Positions 13,029 to 26,044 of a DNA stretch of 64,000 nucleotides are shown here, one piece after another. Source of the stretch: Octopus sinensis (taxonomy: Eukaryota). The stretch's first letter is position 1. Every line of letters starts with the position of its first letter. The DNA is taken from contig NC_043021.1 in NCBI RefSeq assembly GCF_006345805.1, forward strand, positions 9,176,001 to 9,240,000, in the 5' to 3' direction. The notes under the pieces were generated by a model. It was given only the letters and a program-made list of their open reading frames with translations. It was not told the origin of the DNA and made no database searches. The translations under genes and the position numbers were made by a program.

Positions 13029-13537
13029 CTAGCAGTATCGCCCGGCGTTGCTCGGGTTTGTAAGGGAAATAACTATATAAGCATTTTTAGAGAGTTACTT
13101 CCCTTATAGATGCCAATTCGGGCTTTCTTAGCCATTTCTGTTTTGGTGTCTTCAAGCCATGAAGTCGTTGTTCTAAAAGAACGCTGGTTTCCTTCACAAC
13201 GCATTACGACGTTGATTTCTTTACACTCCCTTCCCCACAGCTTCACGAGGGAGGGAAGGGGGAAAAGCAAAAGGTGCAGCTGTGAGCGTGGACGCCAACT
13301 CCGCCGCCATCGACACACGATGCATTTTATGCATTAAAATGGAATTAAAAATGATGTTAAATTATTTTTTAAATCGTAGACTCATCGTTGACGCGCGCTA
13401 ATAGTCAGACGGGCTCGATATGAATCACGACTATAAGATACCCAAATTGGTTAAACTGCACCGCAAAATGTGGGAGGGTTAGGAATCTAAATCGAAGGGG
13501 ACAGACACTCACACAACTAGAGTTTTATATATATAGA
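13029..13537 (-). mobile_element. Non-autonomous Helitron
   Basis: Minus strand begins TC and ends with hairpin CCCGAGCAACGCCGGG then CTAG; A|T insertion site, no TSD; homolog at 28634-29147. Confidence 0.85.
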
Positions 13538-13553
13538 TATTTTTCGTCAATTA

Positions 13554-13957
13554 GGGCGTAGGAATAGCTGTGTGGTAAGTAGCTTACTTACAAACCACAT
13601 GGTTCCGGGTTCAGTCCCACTGCGTGGCACCTTGGGCAAGTGTCTTCAACTATAGCCTCGGGCCGACTAAAGCCTTGTGAGTGGATTTGGTAGACGGAAA
13701 CTGAAAGAAGCTTGTCGTATATATGTATATGTAACTGTGTGTGTGCATGTTTATGTGTCTATGTTTGTCCCCCCCAACATCGCTTGACAACCGATGCTGG
13801 TGTGTTTACGTCCCCGTTACTTAGCGGTTCGGCAAAAGAGACCGATAGAATAAGTACTGGGCTTACAAAGAATAAGTCCTGGGGTCGATTTGCTCAACTA
13901 AAAAGGTGGTGCTCCAGCATGGCCACAGTCAAATGACTGAAACAAGTAAAAGAGTAA
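13554..13957 (+). mobile_element. SINE family A, full length
   Basis: Match to A consensus. Confidence 0.9.
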
Positions 13958-14708
13958 TCATCTTAATATTTTACATATTTTTCATATAGAACAAAAGTTG
14001 TTTGCGATGTTTATACAGTTTCTTGATATTTTGAAGGTGAATGGAATAACTGAACTTAGTACAGATAATTTAACATTATTTTTGAATTAAGCATGCAAAA
14101 ACATAAGACACAGGTATTCTTTTTCTTGGGACAAATTCTTCGTTGACCAGTGTCATTATTATCGTAGTTTACAAATCCAAGCATGAAAACGTTACTCAAC
14201 TTTGAAGTTTTGGAGACAGGCATCCGCTTTACACAATTTTTCAATTTTTAAACCTCAGTAACTTTTTCCTACAATCTTTTTTCTACATCATAGCTTCATG
14301 GCAATTAGACTGGAAAACTTTATTGTTGTAGATTTTCTGCTGTCTTTTAAAAAAACGCATATTTTGCAAATGAAAAAAAAAAAACTAGATCCAAGCAATC
14401 TGAGCAAAATTAAAGGAAGCCAATTTTGTGGATCAGTTTAACTAGATCCCAAAGAATAAGTCCTGAGGTTGATTTGTTCAACTAAAGGCAGTGCTCCAGC
14501 ATGGCCACAGTCAAATGACAAACAAAAGAGTAAAAGAGTATATATATATATAAATGTAGGCGCAGGAGTGGCTGTGTGGTAAGTAGCTTGCTTACCAACC
14601 ACATGGTTCTGGGTTCATTCCCACAGCGTGGCACCTCGGGCCAACCAAAGCCTTGTGAGTGGATTTGGTAGATGGAAACTGAAAGAAGCCCATCGTATAT
14701 ATGTATGT

Positions 14709-14743
<35 letters not shown>

Positions 14744-15695
14744 CTGTGTGTGTGTATATGTTTGTGTGTCTGTGTTTGTCCCCCGCAAACATCACTTGAC
14801 AACCAATTGTGGTGTGTTTACATCCCCCATAATTTAGCAGTTCAGCAAAAAAGGACTGATAGTATAAGTACTAGGCTTTCAAAGAATAAGTCCTGGGGTC
14901 AATTTGCTCGACTAAAGGCGGTGCTCCAGCATGGCCGCAGTCAAATGACTGAAACAAGTAGAAGAGTATATGGTGAAATTTACAGAAAAACAAAAGACAA
15001 GTGTATGAACAACAAGTAGATGTATAGTTTACTGCACCATGTGTTTACCGAACAAGACCAACAGCCACTCCTCAAAAGTAGCACAACTGGTGAACTTCTA
15101 AACTGCACAATAAGCAATCTGTCACAGTCCAACTATTTCATTTGCCCGTGGCCGTTTGCCAGCCTCATCTGGCACCTGTGTTGGTGGCACATAAAAACAC
15201 CATCCGAGCGTGGCCGTCTGCCAGCCTCGTCTGGCACCTGTGTCGGTGGCACATAAAATCACCCACTACACTCTCGGCGTGGTTGGCGTTAGGAAGGGCA
15301 TCCAGCTGTAGAAACACTGCCAGATCTGACTGGACTGGTGCAGCTTTCGGGCTCCCCAGACCCCAGTTGAACCGTCCAACCCATGCTAGCATGGAAAGCG
15401 GACGTTAAATGATGATGATGATGATGATGATGATGACAATACCAAAACTGACTTGTCATCATGTTTTGCTACTACTACTACTGCTACCAAGAGTAAACAA
15501 CAACAACAAGATAAGCAACCACAGCAAATTCATCAACGTTAGCACAGTTGATGACCTATCAAACTCCAAACCTTAGCCCTTCTCCACAGATCATCATTAT
15601 CATCTTATTCCACTGCTCCTGCTATTGCCACTACAACTACTATTACTCCAAATAGTGAAGAATCACTCCTTTCTTATCCCTACCATCCATCATCA

Positions 15696-16105
15696 TCATT
15701 GTTCGACTGTGGTCGAGACAATGGAATTTACCATGCTACGCCAGACTTCATGGTCCATCATGGCATTACGGAGGTCCTGTTGCTGGATGCCTGTATCCCT
15801 GGAGATTGCATCAGGGTAGGAGAGTGTGCGCCCTCTGGTATTGCGAGTAGATGGCTTCCAGAGGAGGAGAGCAGAAATTACCTCGTTTTCAGCTCTACAA
15901 CAATGTCCAGCAAACTGGACTCTCTTACCTTTCACAAGAGATGACACAGGTGGTAGTTTCCCATATATTTGCATTTTGGTTGGATGACGCTTCCATGAGA
16001 GATTTTGACCTCTCATAAGGAGGCGAGTGTAGGTTCCATCCAACCGCCTCTCAAGCTTCTTTGATAACGTCCAGGTTTCTGAGCCATATAGTAGAATTGG
16101 TTCAA
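15696..16105 (-). mobile_element. RTE-clade LINE ORF C-terminal fragment (copy 1)
   Basis: VEPILLYGSETWTL...RLDGTYTRLL...FAGHC...RGR..L...WR then a (GAT)n-type tail. Confidence 0.85.
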
Positions 16106-17258
16106 CTACCATCCACTTCAACCTGACAGTATAACTCACAGCTCCACTACAAATCTGCCAGCTAAACATAAAGCAAAATCTATGCACCATGAGCAAGTGT
16201 CTTCTACGATAGCCTCGGGCCGACCAAAGCCTTGTAAGTGGATTTGGTAGATAGAAACTGAAAGAAGCCCATTGTATATATGTAAATATATGTGTGTGTG
16301 TGTGTGTGTGTCTGTGTGTGTGTATATGTTTGTGTGTCTGTGTTTGTCCCCCGCAAACATCACTTGACAACCAATTGTGGTGTGTTTACATCCCCCATAA
16401 TTTAGCAGTTCAGCAAAAAAGGACTGATAGTATAAGTACTAGGCTTTCAAAGAATAAGTCCTGGGGTCAATTTGCTCGACTAAAGGCGGTGCTCCAGCAT
16501 GGCCGCAGTCAAATGACTGAAACAAGTAGAAGAGTATATGGTTGAAATTTACAGAAAAACAAAAGACAAGTGTATGAACAACAAGTAGATGTATTAGTTT
16601 ACTGCACCATGTGTTTACTGAACAAGACCAACAGCCACTCCTCAAAAGTAGCACAACTGGTGAACTTCTAAACTGCACAATAAGCAATCTGTCACAGTCC
16701 AACTATTTCATTTGCCCGTGGCCGTTTGCCAGCCTCATCTGGCACCTGTGTTGGTGGCACATAAAAACACCATCCGAGCGTGGCCGTCTGCCAGCCTCGT
16801 CTGGCACCTGTGTCGGTGGCACATAAAATCACCCACTACACTCTCGGCGTGGTTGGCGTTAGGAAGGGCATCCAGCTGTAGAAACACTGCCAGATCTGAC
16901 TGGACTGGTGCAGCTTTCGGGCTCCCCAGACCCCAGTTGAACCGTCCAACCCATGCTAGCATGGAAAGCGGACGTTAAATGATGATGATGATGATGATGA
17001 CAATACCAAAACTGACTTGTCATCATGTTTTGCTACTACTACTACTGCTACCAAGAGTAAACAACAACAACAAGATAAGCAACCACAGCAAATTCATCAA
17101 CGTTAGCACAGTTGATGACCTATCAAACTCCAAACCTTAGCCCTTCTCCACAGATCATCATTATCATCTTATTCCACTGCTCCTGCTATTGCCACTACAA
17201 CTACTATTACTCCAAATAGTGAAGAATCACTCCTTTCTTATCCTACCATCCATCATCA

Positions 17259-17668
17259 TCATTGTTCGACTGTGGTCGAGACAATGGAATTTACCATGCT
17301 ACGCCAGACTTCATGGTCCATCATGGCATTACGGAGGTCCTGTTGCTGGATGCCTGTATCCCTGGAGATTGCATCAGGGTAGGAGAGTGTGCGCCCTCTG
17401 GTATTGCGAGTAGATGGCTTCCAGAGGAGGAGAGCAGAAATTACCTCGTTTTCAGCTCTACAACAATGTCCAGCAAACTGGACTCTCTTACCTTTCACAA
17501 GAGATGACACAGGTGGTAGTTTCCCATATATTTGCATTTTGGTTGGATGACGCTTCCATGAGAGATTTTGACCTCTCATAAGGAGGCGAGTGTAGGTTCC
17601 ATCCAACCGCCTCTCAAGCTTCTTTGATAACGTCCAGGTTTCTGAGCCATATAGTAGAATTGGTTCAA
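17259..17668 (-). mobile_element. RTE-clade LINE ORF C-terminal fragment (duplicated copy 2)
   Basis: Same translation as 15696-16105. Confidence 0.85.
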
Positions 17669-17874
17669 CTACCATCCACTTCAACCTGACAGTATAACTC
17701 ACAGCTCCACTACAAATCTGCCAGCTAAACATAAAGCAAAATCTATGCACCATGAGCAAGTGTCTTCTACGATAGCCTCGGGCCGACCAAAGCCTTGTAA
17801 GTGGATTTGGTAGATAGAAACTGAAAGAAGCCCATTGTATATATGTAAATATATGTGTGTGTGTGTGTGTGTGA

Positions 17875-18245
17875 ATTTTAATGCTCGGACTGGTAGGTAC
17901 TGTCAGCTTCCAAATATACCATCTTCAAACTCACAAACAAAAACACTCTACTGTACCAGTCTAATAGTCAGAGGTCCTCCAGTATTCAACGGCTAACTCA
18001 AACCAATTAGAAATATAAGAGGGATCTCTACTGAAACTTTTAAAGGCATTAGATGAACTAACAACGATACCAAACCAACCAATCATTCGAGAATACACTC
18101 AAGGGAGAACAGCAACTACAAACTAAATCATCGACCAACTTTCAATCATAAAGCGACAAAAAAAAAAGAAAAAATTATGGCGGTGCTCCAGCATGGCCAC
18201 AGTCCAGCAACTGAAACCATTGAAAGACTAAAAGATTAGAAGAAA
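17875..18245 (+). mobile_element. Decayed LINE 3' end (CR1/L2-group-like) sharing its terminus with SINE A
   Basis: SLIVRGP-FN-L-K-IRNI-G-S-ETFK-ALD-like remnant with frameshifts, followed by GGCGGTGCTCCAGCATGGCCACAGTC...ACTGAAAC. Confidence 0.6.
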
Positions 18246-18250
18246 GAAGA

Positions 18251-19210
18251 TATAAGACAAGGTATAAATAACAGTCGTTATGTATTTTTATGGTAGCAAC
18301 TTTGCCTTACAGTTGTTTCCAGTAATCATTATAGGTTCATTATTGATAGGTTTACTCAATTAGCCCATTGATTAGTTGAGAAGAACTGAACGACCTAAAG
18401 CATTAATGCTACTTTAGTTAATATCTGGTTGTTTAATTTTCCTCAACCAATCAACAGGCTAATTGAGTAAACCTTTTACTCTTTACTCTTTTACTTGTTT
18501 CAGTCATGTGACTGTGGTCATGCTGGAGCACCGCCTTTAGTCGAGCAAATCGACCCCAGGACTTATTCTTTGTAAGCCTAGTGCTTATTCTATCGGTCCC
18601 CTTTTGCCAAACTGCTAAGTTACGGGGACATAAACACACCAGCATCAGTTGTCAAGCGATGTTGGGGGACAAATACATATTTCTTCACTACCCACAAGGG
18701 GCTAAACACAGAGGCGACAAACAAGGACAGACAAATGGATTAAGTCGATTATATCGACCCCAGTGCGTAACTGCTACTTAATTTATCGACCCCAAAAGGA
18801 TGAAAGGCAAAGTCGACCTCGGCAGAATTTGAACTCAGAACGTAACGGAAGACGAAAAATACGGCTACGCATTTCGCCCAGCGTGCTAACGATTCTGCTA
18901 GCTCGCCTGGGGGACAAATACAGACACACAAACATATACATACACATAAATATATACACATATACGACGGGCTTCTTTCAGTTTCCATCTACCAAATCCA
19001 CTCACAAGGCTTTGGTCGACCCGAGGTTATAGAAGAAGATGCCCAAGGTGCCATGCAGTGGGACCGAACCAGGGACCATGTGGTTCGTAAGCAAGCTACT
19101 TACCACACAGCCACTCCTACACCCCACTTACTGGAAACAGCTGTAGGTCAAATTTACTACAATAAAGAAAAAATATGTAATGGCCATTATTTATACCTTG
19201 TCTTGTATAT
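18251..19210. mobile_element. Palindromic MITE interrupted by SINE A (18476-19118, minus), itself interrupted by SINE C (~18680-18908, minus)
   Basis: TIR AAGACAAGGTATAAATAA / TTATTTATACCTTGTCTT; inner IR AGGTTTACTCAATTAGCC / GGCTAATTGAGTAAACCT; duplicate GGGGGACAAATACA flanks the C copy. Confidence 0.75.
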
Positions 19211-19398
19211 CACTGTATAAAAAACCAGTATAATTGGAGCACAACTACGATTTTACAATATGGAATGGTAATGAATCTTGGGCCCCATCGCAAGAATACA
19301 TAGAGTTCTTTACTAATCCAAATAAAATTGTTAGCCTGGTGTACTAACAGAGAGCTTAGAAAGTGTTTTGTGCTGATTGATAATCCCTCACTAATAAC

Positions 19399-19446
<48 letters not shown>

Positions 19447-19619
19447 TGAATTTGTAAAGAAAGTTTTGTTTGATTATGATTCGGAACCTGTTGAAACTTG
19501 TTTATAAAAGCTGCAAGTATCAGTCGCAATTCATTGATGCATAATCCTTTTGTGAAGAGTTAATAATCTCTTGATGAAGAGCAGAGCAACAACCTTAGTT
19601 TTGTGTATTAATTTTCTAT

Positions 19620-20060
19620 ACGATAAACCGATCATGGGATAAAGCAAAGAACATATTTATCGCAAAGTGCTTTGCAAGATTCGTCAAAGTCGTATTGTAA
19701 ATGAAGCAGCCGTAATGGTCGAAAAGGCTTATTGTTAAGATGCATTGAATAAAAGAACTTGCAGACATAGCAATTTCAATTTGCTTGACGAGCCTAAATC
19801 GAGATTTCCTTCTGAATTGGATGATGAAATACTAGAGGCAACAGGTGTTAGGAATCCTGTGATAGGGAGAGATATTTCCACTGAATTTAATGCTAGCGTT
19901 ATGACCATTTCAAATCATTTGCTAGATTCGGTTTCAAAGTGGTGAAAAATGGGTTCCTTGTGTTCTCTCAGCATTGAATCCTGAATAAAGGACTGATTGT
20001 TGTGAATTACTATTGACATATAACCTTTGCAGCACTATTTTTAAATCAGATGAGTAGATT
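19620..20060 (+). mobile_element. Highly decayed mariner transposase N-terminal fragment
   Basis: FNLLDEPKSRFPSELDDEIL...TISNHL...KWVP resembles the mariner HTH and WVPHEL linker. Confidence 0.6.
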
Positions 20061-21639
20061 ATTTACGCCACTTAGAAACAAATAGAGGTTGATAATGGGA
20101 AGGTTTAACATTAAGTCCTCCTAGATGACTGAGCAACAGCTGGAACATTTCGTGGAAACATCTGGAAACGAACAGGCTGTAAGAACGAGTCCTTTGCACG
20201 TCATGCAAGCTTTGCAGATTGCATGACGTGTCGAGAAAGCCCAGATGTGCGACAATATTGAGGAGAAAAAAAAAGGGGGTGGGGGGCAAAGTTGAAAATG
20301 TGGTGAAGGTGAATTGTGCAACGTGGAGTGTCTAGGGGTCATCCAACATTATATGGGTTGATTGGGAAGAGAAAATGTGAGGGAAAGGGAGAGAAAAGGA
20401 GCAACTGACTGGGATGACGAGGAAACAAAGGTGTGAGTGGTGGGGGGGGGTTCATGCTGGTAGCTCAAAGGAGGGAAGACAAAAAGGAGAGCTGGGATGT
20501 TGAGGAAGCAGAGAAGCTGTTAGGGAGAGGGCTGTGAGTAAGGGAGGGCGCAAAGTGACAAGTAGATACTGGAAGATATTACAGAAGTAGAAAGATGCCA
20601 GAGGAGTATCATAGATGCTGAGGTATTTGAGATGGATGAGAGTTCTTTCCCTCTTTACACACCCTAAAAAAATTCTAATCATGACACATGTCTCCCATAT
20701 TACTGATCTTTATGCACAGAATCCAAAATTCCAGTCTTACGGAACCTATTAAAAGGATTTTGCTCCTGAAAAATGGATGTCATGGAGCTCAAAAATGTGG
20801 GAGTTAATTCCCCTCTTGGGGGTGTCTTAATGTCAACCAGAGAAGTTGAATTGTCGAGAATCTTTTTAACTTGGGTCTTATATGTATTGTTCGAATTTCT
20901 TTGAAATAGGAAATATATGTATGTTCACTGGGTTGGTAAAAGAGAGCAAAGCTACAGGAAACCAAAAGACGAATGATCACAATAAGCAGTCAGCTACCCT
21001 ACCCTAGTCATTACTACTCCCCAATGTAGGATTCCTCACCATACAGGTGACAGGTACAGCTGTGAGATGCATTACGGATCTATAGCAATTGGAAGGTGTG
21101 ACCCAACTCAAACATTAACAACTGTGAAGTGAGGGCTAAGGGGAAATGAAAGTGTCACCTCTGGAGTTTGCAAATGACCACTATACCAATAGGTAACTGG
21201 ACAGAATAAATTTACAATCTGTCTTTTGATAACCAGTCACTCATCTGGGAAGGCCTTGAAATCAATGTTACCATCGGGGGACAATGTGTAACCCGGTGAT
21301 AATAAGACTCAAAGGAGGTCTGCAACCAAATAACTTTACTCAACACTTTGCAACTGAATCAGTGGAGGCAAAGATGCCTTTCATTTACTTGACAATTTAT
21401 GCAGCACATTGCAGAAATCACAATCTAAGTATATCTCAAAGCAAACTCTTACACTGTTGTACCATTGAATTACAAATAACGCTCATCTTTTATGCTTGGG
21501 TGACCCTATAGCTTCCAAGAATACAACTGCATTTGTCTTTGCTTAGATAAACTGACTAAATTGTGGGTGTTAAGTCTGCATGAAAGGGTCTTTCTAACTT
21601 GTAAGAAGATAAAGTTTTATAAATATTACTTCATTTGTG

Positions 21640-22181
21640 TCTAATATCTATGGTTAAAATTTCATCAACAGCAAAAATATATGAATTGTCATGGGGGTTA
21701 TGATCCTTATGCATAGAATATAATTTCCAAATTTCATAAAGATCCATTCAGTACTTCTGACCAAGTTTTGGATCATAAAAAATAACTAAAATTTGGGAGC
21801 TAAGGTCCCCATTAGGGGGTCTCAGAATCTTCATGAGAAGTGGAAACTTTGAGAATACTTCTTGATGTGTGTCAATTACCCATAGTTGAAATTTCATCAA
21901 CATCAGAAATTTACGAATTTTCATGGGGGTTCTGCCCCCTTTAAGCCATCTCAAATTCAAACCAAGCATACTGCATTATACCCGTTCTTATACATTGAAT
22001 CTAAGTTCCAAATACCATAAGGATCCATTCAGCAATTTTGGGCCATGAAATAGTATGAAACACACAGCATTACCCTTCTCCTTAGGCTTGGATTTTGTGT
22101 TCCAAATTTCATTAGGATCGGTGCAATAGATTTCGAATGTATAAGTAACACACATAAAGACATTGACTTTTATATAATAGA
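21640..22181 (-). mobile_element. Possible second non-autonomous Helitron family, 5' part
   Basis: Minus strand starts A|TCTATTATATAAAAG; repeated AAATTTCAT subterminal motifs; 3' end not located. Confidence 0.35.
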
Positions 22182-22225
22182 TATGAATATGCACATATAC
22201 ATACATGTATATATGTGTGTGTGTA

Positions 22226-22279
<54 letters not shown>

Positions 22280-22379
22280 CATCAATAATACTTTAATTGT
22301 TCCACGTCCTGCGTTGCTGTGTTTTTTTTCTCTTTTTTTCTGTGTTTTCTTGTTTGGATTAACTATATATATATATATA

Positions 22380-22418
<39 letters not shown>

Positions 22419-23040
22419 CACACAAACATGCACATTCACACATATATATATAGTCACCTGTATGTATGTACTCTTCTTAAGAATTGCATCAGCTAATTAT
22501 AGATTTCTGCCGGTAAACAGGTGTTAGATGAATGACATCTGTATGCATTTTTACATGATTTATACACATTTGGGGCTTTGTAACAGTCACGTACACACAC
22601 CTCCCACATCCCAATAACCCCTTCCACCCGTTACACTTAATTGCTTTCTCTTCTGTTGAGGTCTTGCCTTGATTTTTGCTGATGTCTTTACCTGTTTAAC
22701 ACATGCATGTTATTCGTTGACCGGGATATGCACAAGTGCTTTGCTTCTGCGACAGATGGCTCTAGCTCTTAAAGACATGAGTGAAAGCAACCCTCTCCTC
22801 CTCCCCCCCCACTCGTTCTCCTGGATAATATAGTTAGCCTGTCACTAAGAACATTCCCACGTGATTTTGTCAGTACTACAGTACATTTCCCATTCTCAGC
22901 TCGGTGGCCTGGGAAACTGCTTTATTTTTTTGTATTTCTCAACAAGTTAGGGTTAAGGGCTTTCATTCTTTCTTTTTGTTCATCTTTTTCCCTTTGTGTG
23001 TTTCACTTATTAGGCTGTGGCCATGGTGGGGCACCACCTT

Positions 23041-23472
23041 CATCATCATCATCGTTTAACGTCCGTTTTCCATGCTAGCATGGGTTGGACGGTTCAACTG
23101 GGGTCTGGGAGGCGGCGAGCTGGCAGAATCATTAGCACGCCGGGTGAAATGCCTAGCAGTATTTCGTCTGCCGTTGCGTTCTGAGTTCAAATTCCGCCGA
23201 GGTCAATTTTGTCTTTCATCCCTTCAGGGTCGATAAATTAAGTACCAGTTACGCACTGGGGTCGATGTAATCGACTTAATACCTATGTCTGTCCTTGTTT
23301 GTCCCCACTGTGTTTAGCCCCTTGTGGGTAATAAAGAAATAGGTTCAACTGGGGTCTGGGAAGCCAGTAGGCTGCGCCAGGCCCAGTCTGATCTGGCAGT
23401 GTTTCTACAGCTGGATGCCCTTCCTAACGCCAACCACTCCGTGAGTGTAGTGGGCGCTTTTTACATGCCACC
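23041..23472 (-). mobile_element. Family B copy interrupted by a full-length SINE C (23111-23341, plus)
   Basis: 20-bp duplication GGTTCAACTGGGGTCTGGGA at 23091-23110 and 23342-23361. Confidence 0.9.
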
Positions 23473-23739
23473 TTGAATTTATATTTTTAGTCAAGTGAAT
23501 TGAGCCCACTATTTTTGGGTTTTTTTTGTAAGAAGCCTTGCTCTTAGTCTGTCAGCATCTTTTGCCGAACTGCAAGTCGTAAACAAACCAACACTGGTTT
23601 TCAAGCAGAGTTGAGGATCAAACGCAGGCACATAGATATTTGTATATATATGAGGGGTTCTCTCAGTTTCCATCTTCCAAATCTACTCGCAAGCTTTTGT
23701 TCTTACTTGTACTTGTGGCGGCGTTCACCCAGGGCAGGT

Positions 23740-23935
23740 TGAGCCAGCTTCTTCTCTGGTCCTGACGGCATCACGAACCATGGTGGCCCACGCTCGACGG
23801 TCCTGTGCGAGGTCACTGGAGATAGCGAGCCATTTGCAGTTCCATCTGTGCAGACCGACCACCTGCGGACCTGAGAGTTTGGAAAGGTCCTCCTTTATCG
23901 TCGTTGCCCAGGTCTTCAGCTGCCCGCCTGTGCGT
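23740..23935 (-). mobile_element. RTE-like LINE ORF terminus fragment
   Basis: GGQLKTWATTIKEDL...DLAQDRRAW on the minus strand. Confidence 0.65.
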
Positions 23936-23954
23936 TTGTATATATATATATATC

Positions 23955-24255
23955 ATGTGATCACATGACCAACCAGACCATCAGTTGTTGTTACACATCG
24001 CTGGTCACAATGCTTCCGCATTGTTTTAGCCTTTGAATGACGCCACCCCGCTGGCTAAGCGAGCAGGCCAACAGAAGAAAGAGTGGTAGAAAGAGTGGTG
24101 AAAGGGTACAGCAGGGATCACCACACCCTGCCGGAGCCTCGTGGAGTTTTTTAGGTGTTTTCACTCAATAAACTCTCACAACGCCCGGTCTGGGAATCGA
24201 AAACGGGATCCTGCGACCGCGAGTCCGCTGCCCTAACCACTAGGCCATTGCGCCT

Positions 24256-24257
<2 letters not shown>
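23955..24257 (-). mobile_element. tRNA-headed SINE (family D)
   Basis: GGAGGCGCAATGGCCTAGTGGTTAGGGCAGCGGACTC...TTCGATTCCC head; partial homolog at ~50660-50765. Confidence 0.75.
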
Positions 24258-24322
<65 letters not shown>

Positions 24323-25344
24323 GGTTGGCCCAAAAGTGGGTTTACAGTTATCATGAAGGCACTTTAAATTTCACCTAAAACATTTTATTACATTTAAATT
24401 TCTACCTTACAAACTGAAAATAAAAGCTTGACAAAATTAATTAAACTAGCATAGAATAATGGTTTCATATTTTTTCATAATTAAGATCTGAACTGTTAAT
24501 ATACAAATGCAAAAGAGATAGTTGAATAACTGTGAACCTAGTTTGCTAGTTTATTTTGTCTGTCTTATCTCCTGGTGCTGTATGAACATTTAATGAGTCA
24601 AGTTTTGGCTGCTATTTCTAGCGTGGTAGTATCTCTTAGATACCCTTAATTATAATTTTAATAATTAATTATATTACCTTTGAGGTTTTTATTCCCATGC
24701 TAGCCACCTGATAAGATCAGTATTTTAAATAACGATCTTATCCTTAGTTATATAAATCAATATAAATATATGTAGGTACATATATGTCTACATGTATAGA
24801 TTAAAGCAGAAAAGAAAAGCCAAACAGTTTAGCACAATTTGACAAGGACATTTAATAATAAAAGGTTCAGATAAAGGTTTAGATATACCTAATCCTTTTA
24901 CCTTAACCTGTTTGCCTTTTCTTTTCTGCTTTAATCTATACCTACTGACTCAAAGGGAAGCCACTTCTAGCCACTTCAGAAAGGCAGTCACAAAATCACA
25001 TCTTCAACAGCAGTTCAAACCGGAAATTCAGTGGCATACCAATTTGAGCATTCACAACAATCTGAGTCACCTCTGACAAAAACTTTACAAGTCTTTTATA
25101 TCATGTGTGTATGTACATACAAAGCTATATACATATGTTTGTATATATCTATATACATATATAAATGCACGTCTATACACATGTATAAATGTATGTATTT
25201 TGTCATGATAGATCGCTAGCCACTAAACCTTTTCTATAGGCTCGAAACGTAAGACTTTTTCATTTCCTGAGCATTAAACTAATACATCTATTTGTTGTTT
25301 ACACACCCGCCTTCGTCTTATGTAAATTCTCATTATATAATATA

Positions 25345-25540
25345 TTCTTTTACTTGTTTCAGTCACTTGACTGCGGCCATGCCGGAGCACCACCTTTAGT
25401 CAAGCAAATCAATCCCAGGACTTATTCTTCGTAAGCCTAGTACTTATTCTATCAGTCTCTTTTGCCAAACAGCTAAGTTACGGGGACGTAAACACACCAG
25501 TATCAGTTGTCAAGTGATGTTGAGGGGGACAAACACAGAT

Positions 25541-25618
<78 letters not shown>

Positions 25619-26030
25619 GTATATATATACAGGCTTCTTTCAGTTTCCGTCTACCAAATCCACTTTGGTCGGCCCAAGGCTATAGTAGAAGACACTTGCC
25701 CAAGGTGCCATGCAGTGGGACTGAACCTGGAACCACGTGGTTGGTAAGCAAGCTACTTACCACACAGCCACTCCTGCGCCTATATATAAATATATATATA
25801 TATTTGTATGCACGTATTCTTTTACTGTTTTACTTGTTTCACTAATCTGACCTCGGCCACGCTGGAGCACCACCTTAAAGGGCTTTAGTCAAAGAAATCG
25901 ACCCCAGGACTTATTCTATCATCTCCTTTGCCAAACTGCTAAGTTACAAGGGACGCAAACACACCAACATCAGTTGTCAAGCAATGGTGGGGGTGACACA
26001 CTGACACACAAAATACACACATACATTATA
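25345..26030 (-). mobile_element. Two adjacent SINE A copies (one full with (TA)n, one 3' part)
   Basis: Match to A consensus. Confidence 0.85.
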
Positions 26031-26044
26031 TATATATATAAAGT

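Larger units (their letters stand above)
12689..14392. mobile_element. Non-autonomous DNA transposon with GGATCTAGT TIRs and 8-bp TSD (Merlin-like)
   Basis: AAGCAATC|GGATCTAGT...CATTTGCAAAAT at left and ATTTTGCAAATG...ACTAGATCC|AAGCAATC at right. Confidence 0.8.
11476..14449. mobile_element. Outer non-autonomous TIR element (ends ACTAGATCC) splitting a SINE A (11290-11475 / 14450-14537)
   Basis: Internal sequence is the inverted homolog of 12689-14392; the SINE A tail resumes immediately after 14449. Confidence 0.65.
14722..17873. repeat. Near-identical tandem duplication, ~1.57-kb unit (~14722-16290 and ~16291-17873)
   Basis: SINE A tail, unique DNA, family B copy and RTE fragment repeated in the same order; differences are mostly 1-bp indels and microsatellite length. 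Confidence 0.95.

Noticed and set aside
20940-21540. Possible exon or Helitron helicase remnant
   Set aside because: No sustained frame or convincing motifs by eye; needs BLASTX.
24795-24940. ~40-bp inverted repeat as a pre-miRNA
   Set aside because: AT-rich arms with a long spacer; more like a small decayed MITE, with no expression evidence.
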